From Daphnia carinata (Eukaryota), in assembly GCF_022539665.2 (NCBI RefSeq), contig NC_081333.1, positions 5,890,001 to 5,954,000 of the forward strand: 64,000 nt of DNA. The letters are read 5' to 3'. The position numbers and the translations under genes were made by a program. Each line of letters begins with the position of its first letter. Position 1 is the first letter of the stretch. Shown in pieces: positions 1-11,200 of the stretch. The notes below the pieces were generated by a model. The model was not told where the DNA came from, made no database searches, and worked only from the letters and a program-made list of their open reading frames with translations.

Positions 1-935
1 TTGTCTTGCCAATTCATTTTCATGATCGGTAAGTTGGTCTCGAATATATTGTATATTCGCGGGTACGCTTAGATTTTCGTCGTTAGATGGCGCTGGGGTC
101 TCCAAAGTGGCTGTTAAATTTTCCATGATGGCCGCCGTCGAAACGGTGAGTTTTGATTGGCCGATGATCTCAAACGATGAAGCTCTATTGGTGCATTCGT
201 TTTGTAGGGAGGCACAGCGTTTTATAGGCGTCAAATGAAAATCAAGTTGTTTGGCATCATCTTGGAGCCTGAAAATTATTTCGTCACCCGGTAGACGAAC
301 CAGTGTACCCATTCCATCTTCCACTAGTCGGGCTTTCGGTTTAGTCTTCTGTGTATAGGTTTTATCCCAAATCAGTGTTAAGTGATTGTGTGATAAATTT
401 CCAGTCGTGGCGGAAGCTGTTCCGATCGGAGTTCTAAAATCGGCGTCTTCGTGTTGCTGAAAAAGTTGCACTTTCTCCAGAACACAGTTTATAATTTCAG
501 AATCAATTGTTTGTAACCAATATCCGAAAATGTCAGGTTCGCGATCAAATACAAATTCATCGTCTGAAAAAGTCATCCGATTTTCGTCACAACGTTTATG
601 GTTAATCATTTCGTTCACTCGGCAGGTGAAGTGTCAATCGAAATTTTATCCGGCACTACCACTAGTTGACCGAAAAAGTTCATGGAGATGCGCCGAAAAT
701 TCTTCCATCTTGCTCAAATATATCCGGGAAATTTAGCCGCGGCACGTTCTTCGCTATAAATCGCATATTTCACCTTCACGGCCTTATTATCGGGCGCAAT
801 TGCTTGACAATTATCGTCGGAGAATTGGAGTATTCCCGTCTTTAATGGTTCGGAACAGTCGCATACGGTTGTTTGAAATGCCTGCGGGTGTAACCCGTAA
901 AGGCATAGCAACAGTATGAATGGAATCAGCGACAT
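1..935 (-). pseudogene. Envelope-like viral glycoprotein remnant (signal peptide, Cys-rich ectodomain; rhabdovirus-G/class III-like pattern); runs off the window edge
   Basis: ORF 714..935 starts with a signal peptide (MSLIPFILLLCLYG...TTVCDCSEP). Reading through the TGA gives GYI*ARWKNFRRISMNFFGQ...SPAE*, then a frameshift to MINHKRCDENRM...GYWLQT...INCVLEKV...HLTLIWDK...NIQYIRDQLTDHENELARQ, open to position 1. A TAG splice acceptor (941-939) sits 3 nt before the ATG. Confidence 0.7.
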
Positions 936-1502
936 TTTCTATAGAGGGCAACATATAGTAAACATTACAGTCAATATCAAACAGTGGAAGGTATAGATAA
1001 AAGCATTACACAACATCATGTGGGTTTCTTAAACTAGGGGAGTAATATAAAAAGAAGAAGGTAAAATAAAAAGCGGAAGCGGAAAGTATATATGACGGCA
1101 ATCGGAAAAGGTCAACGCTCTCCCGTCGGCCTTTAAACAGTTGTCGATGGTCGCGAGCGAGTAAAAAATACGCATGTAAGGCATAGAAAAACGCGTTTTA
1201 TCGGGTGTAAAAGGGAATACGTTTATGTCATAACTGGTGTCATTAGGAAGAGGAAAAGACAATCTCAATGACGTCGAAGAAAATTTCCGAAAATAATGAA
1301 TCGTTTAAACAGGAGGATAAAAAGATGCAGGTTACAATTTAAAGACGGAAAGTCACATAGTGACCATGTTCATTTAGTTAAACCAAGGGCGTATACAGAT
1401 AGGGTAAAAGGCAAGTGAAACACGAGCAAGGTGAAAGAAAAGGGCGCGCTTGGTGGGCTTGAAGGGTGTATTATTCCTAACCTCAACGCGAGATGTAACA
1501 CA

Positions 1503-1576
1503 GGTGCTAATAGCTCAATGACAGAGTGCTCAGCTGCGATGCTGGAGGTCTGATGCTCGAATCTTCAGTAGAACTA
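1503..1576 (+). other. Degenerate tRNA-like (Pol III A/B-box) cassette
   Basis: TAGCTCAATGAC A-box-like and GCTCGAATC B-box-like motifs at tRNA spacing; stems imperfect. Confidence 0.5.
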
Positions 1577-2202
1577 GATTACTCATCCATCAATAAGGGT
1601 ACTAAACTACGCAAAATGTTACAATTCATTATCTATTATCAAAAATAAACGACGTGAAATTTAGGTTTTTATTTTCTAAGTCCAACACATGAGAAAGAGC
1701 AAGGGAAAGAAGTAAAAATGGCGCTAAAGGGGAACGAACATATGGGGAAGAAGGAAAGAGCGGCTTGTGCGAGACAAAGGACATTTGTCGCAGACACAAG
1801 AAGTTGGGGTAAAATAGGCGTAAATTTCTTTTCGAAAGATACGTAGGCTTATGGGGTATATGAACTATTGTTTTTTTGTATATATATATTCGAGGGACCC
1901 AAGAGAGGGAGAAAAAGGGAGAAAAAAGAATTCAACCAAGGAAGGGAGTATTCTAAGGGAACCGCAGCAAAAGAGAAAAAGGGGTAAAAGGGAATAAAAG
2001 CTTAGACTGAAACGTAGCAAATTGTATACTGTAGAACAGAGAATAGCGTACGCGCGGGGAAATAGAAAACTGTTTCCTAATTTCCTATATTCCGACGGTT
2101 ACTACGCGAAGATCTTTTTTTTCTTATGTTCTTATGTGTAGGGCTCATGGGATTTTTATAAAAGTGAATACAGGAGGAGGTTAACTATTGCTGGCACCTG
2201 GT

Positions 2203-2625
2203 TTATTTTATCGTACCAAAAAAACAGGGGGTGGCTACATGATAGGCACATGAGGCAGTAGGGATAACACAATCAATAATATTCTCTACTGGTGGAGGAT
2301 AGCGAGGGTTATGACAATGCATGCACAAATCCTCATCTCCCCAACTCTGGGCAGGCCATCCAAAAAGTGGTGGATGTCGATTTACTGGATCGAGATCCAG
2401 AATTTCTTTAAATTTTTCGGTAGCTCGACGCCATTTTCCGAGCTCGATGAAACGCAGTAACTGCTCACTAAGGACGTAGGTCACATAATTCAATTCCTAC
2501 TGCATATCCTGGAGTCGCTTCCTAAAAGATTCCACCGGGTTGGGGTTTTCGTGGCGATATGGCTAGTTGATATAGCCCTCGACCACGGTTCGGGAGTCTC
2601 AGGCTCAAACCACGCCGTGATCATG
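2203..2625 (-). pseudogene. Small Cys/His-containing accessory ORF remnant upstream of the env-like gene
   Basis: 96-aa ORF (…CMHCHNPRYPPP…CVIPTASCAYH…). The same frame continues upstream past one TAG (ENPNPVESFRKRLQDMQ*ELNYV). Same strand as gag and env. Confidence 0.35.
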
Positions 2626-2827
2626 ACTAAAAATTTTACCAGTGGATTCCTTAAGAGTCGGCGAAGCTAATTAATTCTACTGTGATTGAATATTTTAAGT
2701 TTTTATTTCTGGTTTGGTTTGAAATGGCTTTGATATTAAGATAGGGTACACATATGTCTAGACGCCATAGCAACACAGCCCTCGACCACCACCCGGAAGT
2801 CTCGGGTTCGATCCCCGGCTCAGCCGC
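2560..2827 (+). other. Two related degenerate tRNA-like cassettes (~2560-2622 and ~2760-2827)
   Basis: Both share AGCCCTCGACCAC...CGG(G/A)AGTCTC(A/G)GG(C/T)TC(A/G)A; the second has a canonical B-box GGTTCGATCCC. Confidence 0.5.
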
Positions 2828-3559
2828 CGTTCACCCAATACAAACATGTGTTCATTTTTTGGTTTTTCTTTAATAGAACTAGTATATGGCGGCCCGTCCC
2901 AGGACGGTAATAGGTGAAGTCTAGTATTAAGTGTCTGCTCTCGTTTTCTCCCTGCCTGCAGCTTTCCCCCTTCTTCCACCCTCGGTTCACGATTTTCCAT
3001 CCGTCTGCTTTTTCATGCTGACTGCAATTTTATTCCAGTCCATTTAAGTTCGAAAAATAAATGTTGAACTCTTGCCGGTGGCAGTTGGAAATTTGTTCAG
3101 GTTTTCGAACCTTACTCCAGGTATTTGAATGTCATGCGGTTCCTATTCGACCAATGGTAAGAAGGACGGAAAAGGAGAAAGCAAAATGTTAAGCCTAGCC
3201 AGAGTCAGTTGAAGTTTTTACTTCTTTTCTGTAATAAATTCTTACACAACTTGTTCGTTGTTATCTGATGATGGGCCAAGAACGAATCGGCAAACGAACG
3301 ATCAGTCGTCAGTTGGTCAACAACGTTGATTTAGCATTACGCTGATGAAATTGCAAAAGCTTCTATTTAGAAATCGTACTCATTGAAGTTTAACATGTCC
3401 CCTTCTCGTAGGCGAACAATTTCCGAGATCCACTGTAAAATGCCAATTGTGGTCGGGAGCGTAAACGTTACCTGAAGCAATACTGCAATAATCGAAAATA
3501 AAATGAGAATACTGGATGTTGTCACTTGCTCGATTGTGAACCCTGTTAATAGATATGTT

Positions 3560-6500
3560 GACAGTCAGATATGTCAGATATGTTGATCAGCAGTCCATCC
3601 TCGCGCAGCTTTTCACTTTGAAAGTTGCGAATGAAAGTATGCTTCAGAAATTTGCAGGATGCAACTCAAACATATGCTTCGTTTGTTCACCTGTAAACAG
3701 GAGAAAATTTGTGATCTTCAGATTAAGCCACCGTCTTCTTTTTAATCTTAACAGTCACATAGAGAATGAAAACAATAACGCATGTTAAAATAGAACTGAA
3801 GTGATAAATGCAGATCCCCTTCATCTGGGGGACGTTAAAAAACGGAATGCTGTTGGTTAAGAGTAGCGCACTTGTTGAGTGGTATGCTGTGCATGTTTAA
3901 ATGAGCTATTTGTTGACATAAGCACTGAAAGCGTTATGTCATATGTGACTGGTTGAATGCTTTGTACGTATGACTTTCAAATTTCTTGCAGTTTAGTGGT
4001 GGTTTAGCTTAGCTTAGTTTAGGCATCCTTTTGGGCGAGCGCAGAAGTCAAAGAAAACTGCTGTCCCTGGTTGAAACGCAGATCCTTATGTGTTGGTTAC
4101 GTGGCAGTCACACTTGTCACCCGGAAGTTCAACCAATTCTGTACAAATGTAATTGAGGCCTTCGATGAAATGGCATACACAATTTGCTGAGGAGTGCACT
4201 GCAGAATAGAGATCTAGCCGCAGAATGCTATCAGCTGTTCCAGTGAAAAACTTCGGTGAAAAACAGAAATACGAAAAATATGTGGTAAAAAACGTTTAAC
4301 ACAACCAGTTAATAGCTATAGTGAAAATGCACAGTGCCTTCGCCAGCAAGGTTTGAAAAAATTGAACGTTGTTGGTTGAGGTTGGTGGAACTTGTTGAAT
4401 GCTAAAATCTGGACGTTTTCATGAGGCAACTGTTGACAAATGAACACAGAAAGCTTTAAATCAAAGGTGATTTGTCTAGTGCTTTGCACCTTTGAGTTTG
4501 AAATTTGTTTTCATTAATCATCAGTCTGAACTGGAACGGAAATGGAGAGCCCTATCCCATGTACTGGTTTGACAAAGTTGAACGCCGTTGTTTGATTTAG
4601 CGGAAGTTGTCAAATGCCAACCTCTCCACGTTTCAGTGAGGCACCTATTAGCAAATAACCAGAGGTAGCTATAAATAAAATGTCACTTGTTGAGTGCTTG
4701 ACACCTGTGAATTTGGTATTTCTTTTAGTTGATCAACAGTCCGTCCTCGCGTAGCTCTTCACTTCGAAAATTGCAAATGGAGTGTGCCTGTGAAAATTGC
4801 AGTATGCAACTCAACGAATTCTTCATCTGTAAACATGAGAACATGTGTGATCTTCAAATTAAAAAAACGATTTTTTGAAAACGTAAACAACAGCCAAACG
4901 GTAAACCAAAACCACAAAGTATGTTGAGAAAGAACTGAAGCGGAAGTGTATATCCTTTACCTGGATGGGTTGACAAAGTTAAACTCTGTTGATTGAGGAT
5001 GGTGGAACTCACTGCATGCCAACATCTGCACGTTTCAGTGAGGCACCTGTTAATAAGTAACTACTGAAAGCTTGAAATGAAACATGACTTGTTGAATTCT
5101 TGACACCTGTGAGTTTGTTGTTTCTTGTAGTCGATCAGCAGTCCATTCTGGCGTAGATCTTCACTTTCAATGTTGCAAATGAACTTGGCCAGTGAAATTT
5201 GCAGAATGCAAATCAATGAATGCCTCATCTGTAAACGTGAGAAAATTTGTGATCTTCAAAGAAGTAACTATGTCTTTGTGTAAACGCATACAATAGCCAA
5301 TTGGTAAACAGAAGCACCACAACACTTTAAAATGGAACTGATGTGGAAATGCACAGCCCTTTACCTGAAATGTGTCGAAAAAGTTGCACACCATAGGTTG
5401 AGAATGGTAGTACTTGTTGAACCTCAATATCTGCCCGTATCAATGAGGTTTCTAATTACAAATGAACATTGAAAGGCTTACGTCAAACGTGACTAATTGA
5501 TGCTGCTATCTACCTATGCCGATGACATTTCTTTTAGTGGACCAGCAATCCATCCTAATATTGCTTTTCCCTCTCGGAGTTGCAAATGAAGCGTGTCTCC
5601 TAAATTTCCAGATTGCAATTCAAGGGAATGCTTCACCTATAAACGGGAAAATTTGAGGATTTTAGATGAAGCCACTGTCTGTTGGTAAATTAAAACAGCA
5701 AAGCAGTGGAAGAAAACATAAACGCACGTTAAAATAGAACTGAAGGTAAAAATGCTCAGCCCTTTCATCTGGAAGGTGTTGGAAAAGACTGAATTCTGTT
5801 GGTTTATTAGGGTATTACTTGTTGATTGCTTAAACGTGCATGTTTGAATCAGGTACCTGTTGACGAATAAACCCTGAGAGCTTCAAGTCATACGTGACTG
5901 GTTTAGTGCTTTGCACCTGTGAGTCTCACGGGTTTGTTGTAGTTTAGTAGGAGTTTAGTTTAGTTTTGGCACCCTTTTCGCAAGCCCAGACGTCAAGGAA
6001 AACCCATAACTGTTATCACCTGGTTAAAAACTGTTATTACCTGGTTGTAAACGCGTTCTAAAAAATTGGCTTAAAGAAATCGGTTACCCTGGTCAGTTAA
6101 CAGCTGAGAATACCGAGCTCTTTCGCCTGGAAGATATTGAAAAAGTTGAGCGCAGTTGGTTTAGTGTGGCGGAATTTGTTGAATGCCCGCTTCAATGAGG
6201 CACCTGTTGACAAAAAACCACTGAAAGCTTTCAATAAAACTTGACTTGTTTGAATGTTTAATACCTGTGCGTTTGGCATATCTTTTGATCGGACAACATT
6301 CCATTCTTGCGTATTACTTCACTTTCAAAGTTGCAAATGAAGTGGGCCTGAGAAATGTGCAAAATGCAACTCAAGTAATACTTCACCTGTAATTAGAAAA
6401 TTTGTGTGATTCACATGAAGCCACACTATCTTTTTGTGAACGTAAACAGTAGTCTATTGCTTACCATACCATACCAACACCTGTTGAAGGAGAACTGAAG

Positions 6501-7100
6501 TGGAAGTGCAGAGCTCGTTCACCTGAAATGGGTTGACAAAGTTCAACACTGTTCGTTGAGGACAGTGGTTCCTTTGGAATGCTTATCTGTGCAGGTTTGA
6601 GGTACCTGTTGAAAAATAAATGTTGAATACCTTAAGCCAAACATGTCTTGTTAAACTTTATGTAAAAGATTACTATCGTGCACCAGTAGTGCTGTACACC
6701 TATAAGGTGGCATTGCCTTTTGTTGATCAAATATGAGCGAAAGAAAATTGTAATCTTCAGGTGATGCCACTGCCGTTCTGGAATGTACGCAACAGTCAAT
6801 TAGTCAACACAAACTTTGACCCATCTAAAAATTAAACTGAATTAGAAATGCCAAGCCCGTTCAACTGGACAATGTTGTAAAAGTTGAACAACGTTAACTT
6901 GAGGGTAATGGAACTTGTTGCAAGCTAATATCTACAAATAAGTTATAAAAATTTGAATGTAGGATGTTGCCTGTTTAAATGAGCAGGGAAAAAAAACATT
7001 TTCTAGTACAACACATCCAATGGCTGACTTTTGGGAGAGCTAAGAGACATCAAAAGAAACCACTGGCAACTGAATTATCACCTGTTTAAATGAAAATTAT
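3560..7100. repeat. Diverged tandem array of ~400-bp units with higher-order blocks, inside the Helitron
   Basis: Recurring TTCACTTT..AAGTTGCAAATGAA, CA(C/T)CTGTAAAC (3688, 4825, 5226, 5634, 6384), GAAAATTTGTGATCTTCA, AGAACTGAAG and GAGGCACCTGTTGAC motifs. Confidence 0.85.
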
Positions 7101-7334
7101 ATTGAAACAAACAGAAATGCTGAATTTTGGAAAAAATTGTGGTATAAGAAATCGCTTACCATAGTTAAAATATGACAGCAGGACGTTTTTGTCTACGTCG
7201 TTTGGTAGCTGAATTTCGTCTGACGTCAATGTGTCAATGATGGTGAAAACGGATTGCTAAAATGCGGAATCTGGTGATTGGAAATGACTAAAAAAGGGAA
7301 AACATAAAACGGGAAAAAGCTAGCTTAGCCGTAG

Positions 7335-7585
7335 GCAGGTCGAACCTTTTTTCAGGTAGTCGAACCTTTTTTCAGGTAGTCGAACTTTTTTTCAGGTAGT
7401 CGAACCTTTTTCAGGTAGTCGAACCTTTTTCCAGGTAGAAAAAAAAACACGTGATGTCAATACGACCAATGATAAAACGGATGGCAAAAGGGAAGGAAAA
7501 GGTTAAGCTTTGCCAAAGGCAGTTTAAACCTTTTTTCAGGTAGTCGAACCTTTTTTCAGGTAGTTGAACCTTTTTCCAGGTAGAA
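7335..7585 (+). repeat. ~21-bp tandem repeat AGGTAGTCGAACCTTTTTTC in two blocks
   Basis: Directly visible copies at 7335-7437 and 7520-7583. Confidence 0.95.
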
Positions 7586-8228
7586 AAAAATCAGGTGACT
7601 GCACACGAACCAATCACTGCGTGCGCACGCCGTTAGGTTTTTCGGACAAACACACAGACAGATACACAAACAAACTCCACCCACAAATAGACCTTTGGCT
7701 TTTATAAAGAGTGCCGGTCATAATTCCTTTTATTCTCATTTTATTTTCTACAACAGCCTGTATTTTCGTCTTTGACGACGTTCTCCTTACTCTCGAATTT
7801 GAAATTTATTGTTATAGAGAAAGCTAGCGAAATATTTGCGGTCTACTTTGTTTATTCATAGCTTGGAGATAGGGAATATAATGCGAAGGGGGAAAAACTT
7901 TGTTGGAGATAGCGCTCTATACTAAGGGAAATAAGCATATTGCTACTTGGGGTGTGAGTAAATAGGGAGATTTTCTTTTGGTGGTCCTTTTTCCGAGCCT
8001 TTTCATTTTTTACGTTGTCTTAATTGTGGATGGTGGTGGGGTCGCGCCCCTGCCGTTTTCAACCTGAGTCCCACAGGTCAGGCGACCAGTTGAAAAGAGG
8101 GGGGTGACGCTTCGCGGGATCCAAGTCCAGAATGAGCTTGAGGGTGTTGAGCTATTCAGAAAAACAGTGAATCACAGTCTAAAGAACTCGAAAGGTTAAA
8201 ATGCCTTGTACAACAGACGTGTGCAAAA

Positions 8229-11200
8229 ATGTCTAGACAATGCCCCGAGGGTGAGAACGTCTCATCCCAAGGTCGTCTGGACACGTCGATACAAGGCATG
8301 TTGTCTCAGCGTCGCGAAGCTCTAGGATGGCCGCAAGGCATTACCCCATCCTCACCGTCACAGGCAGCCAACCTATTGGAGCAATGCAGAAAAGCCGGGA
8401 CAACGGGCGAGCAAATGGACAGCATAGGGGCAACTATCGACATGTCTAACGATCCATCGTTTAGCTGCCTGCAACAGCCAAAGGGCGATCCAAAATCTGA
8501 TTCTAGTCTCATCTGCAAACTTGTCGATTCTTTGACAATGTCAGCACTTCCACCTCCCACTATCACCAAGTTCGACGGGAACCCTCTGAACTACCAGATG
8601 TTTAAGTCGAAGTTCATGACGCTGTATCACAACCGGTGCAGCGACAATGGAATTGGACTAGCGCATCTGCAGGAGCTACTTGCTACTCATGTTCTCAACT
8701 CGGTAGCTGATTGTGTTCACGACCCAAGCAAATACGAAGTGGTCTGACATCGACTTGATCAAGAATATGGCCACACCACTATCATGGCTCAAACCCATCT
8801 AAATAACCTCCTCCGACTTCCATCTGTGCAGCCGAACGACAGCGCCAGCTTGAAAACATTTTCCAACAAGCTTCACGGTGCTGTCTCCGCTCTATCAACC
8901 TCTGGACTCGCGAGCGAATTAGAGTCGCTGGGCAACCTCATGCATGTTGTCACCAAACTGCTGAAGACCTTGAGGGAAAGATGGGGAGGAAAGGTGATGA
9001 AGATGCACCCCGCTGTACCTTCAATAGTCGATCTGGATGGCTGGTTAACCCTTCAGTCAAAGGGTTCTGATTTTGCAAAATTAATGGCGGGGCCATCAAC
9101 ACTTCCAACGATTCCACCAGTCGTGCCCAAGAGAAATGGGAAGGGATATCCAACTCCCTATGTCTCTACCATCAACCACGTTACCACCTCGACGCCTGAA
9201 ACAAACTTACCGCAATCAAAAGGAGGAGGTTTGCGGGTGAGCCCACCCAATACAACCTCGTTTAGCCAAACAAGAGGCAACTCAACGTGCTTTGTTTGCA
9301 GAGGGGCGATACACAAAATCGAGGAGTGTAACACCTTCAGGCAGATGTCTCCAACACAAAGAGCGGAGACAATCTTCAAAGCAGGCAGGTGTCTCCGATG
9401 CCTTACAGGAAAGCACACCAGCCGAGCTTGCAGAGTCAAATCGATTCGATGTACGGTCGAAGGATGCAAGTATCCAGGACACTCGACGTTGCTTCACGGT
9501 TCCGAGTTTTCGACAAAAACCAATGCAAGCACCTCCAGTGATTACAAGACCACACCAGAATCGAAGCCACCGCGTCGAGTGACTTTCGACGACAAGGTCG
9601 ATGAAGCCTTCCTCGGCGCAGTATCACGCACTGGACTGGACACACCACGTCGAGTGCTTTTCAAAATTGTTCCTGTCCATCTACAACATGGAGAAAGGGT
9701 CTTCGATACCTTTGGATTCTTAGATAGCGGAAGCGACTCCACCTTAATCCGAAGTGACGTGGCCAGAACTCAACTAGGTTTGGAAGGGCCAACAACGAAG
9801 ATCAACGTGACATCTTACGACGGGGGAGTTACTCCAGTCAATGCTCACATCGTGGACTTCGTCATCAGTTCGCGAGACGGGTCGACTTCGTTCCAAGCAA
9901 GAAGAGCGTACGCAGTAGAAAATCTACAAGTCGCTCAAAATCCAACCTTTACAGTCTTACAAGCCAAGGCATTCCCTCATCTTCAAGGTCTGAAGCTCCC
10001 AGAAGTCCAATCCGACCAAGTAACGGTTCTAATTGGTCTCGATGTAGCAGACGCTCACGACCATAGCGAATCACGCAAACCGATAGATGGATTGACCGGA
10101 CCAGTAGCTTTCAACACGCCATTTGGATGGTGTCTGGGAGGCAAAGTGGGCCCGCAAAGCGAACAGGAGCAACCAAGCCATTACGTAGCCCACATCACAT
10201 CGAGAGAAGAAGAAAGAAACCTTTCCGAACTCGTCGAGCGGTTTTGGAGGCTGGAGTCGAAAGACTCTGTACAGCCTCCTACCCTCATGTCAGCAGAAGA
10301 TCGACGGGGAGAAGAGATTCTGAAGAGGACCTCCAGATACATCAGTAATCACCATCAAATTGGTCTAATGTGGAAGGTCGACAATCCAGAATTACCAGAC
10401 AGCCGCAGTATGGCGCTAAGTCGCATGTTTCAAATCGAACGGCGCTTCAAAAGAGACCCCAGCTACGCCAAACGATATGACGATGTCATTCAAGAATACA
10501 TCAACCTTGGCCATGCTCGTCTCTTATCAACAGAAGAAGCTAGACGTAGGACACCGAAGACAAACTACATGCCTCATCATGGTGTCCAAAGTGCGACGAG
10601 TTTGACAACAAAGACACGACACGACACGAGTGGTTTTCGACTGTTCAGCAGAGTGTGAAGGCACCTCCTTGAACAAAAATTTTCTTCGCGGTCCAAACTA
10701 CCTCCTAAACCTACTGGGAATAATCTTGCGCTTCCGCAAGCACCAAATTCCCATCAGTAGTGACATCGAGAAGATGTATCACCAGGTTTTAGTTCCAGAA
10801 GAGGACCAAGATGCCTTCCGATTTTTGTACCGATCACCGAACAGCACGTCGCCACCGCTCACCTACAGGATGACAGTCCATGTCTTTGGAGCCGTCTCGT
10901 CGCCATCAACCTGTTTGTTTGCCCTAAACAAAACAGCCGAAGACAACAGAACGAAATTCCCAGACGCAGCAGCCAGCGTAAAAAAAAAGCTTTTACGTCG
11001 ACAACTATCTGGATTCGTTCAACTCGGAAGACAAGGCAATCAAATGGGCCCGCCAGCTAAAGGAACTGTTGCAGCTGGGTGGTTTTAATCTCACCAAGTG
11101 GTCGTCGTCATCAAGAAAGGTCCTAGCAGCGCTTAAACCACTAGGCCTGGCAAATCCAAAACTGGATTTAGACCTAGACAAATTGCCCATGGATCGTGCC

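Larger units (their letters stand above)
2879..7710 (-). mobile_element. Non-autonomous Helitron (~4.8 kb)
   Basis: Minus-strand 3' end: hairpin CCGTCC-TG-GGACGG, 11 nt, then CTAG|T (2882-2879). 5' end TCTTTATAAAAG at 7710 followed by a TGTC/TGTG microsatellite-like tract. The 3' end resembles the Helitron at 20859. The 5' flank base is not the expected A. Confidence 0.7.

Noticed and set aside
2892..2925. Plus-strand Helitron 3' end (hairpin then CTAG at 2921)
   Set aside because: The minus-strand reading gives the canonical spacing and pairs with a TC 5' end, as in the 20859-22176 element.
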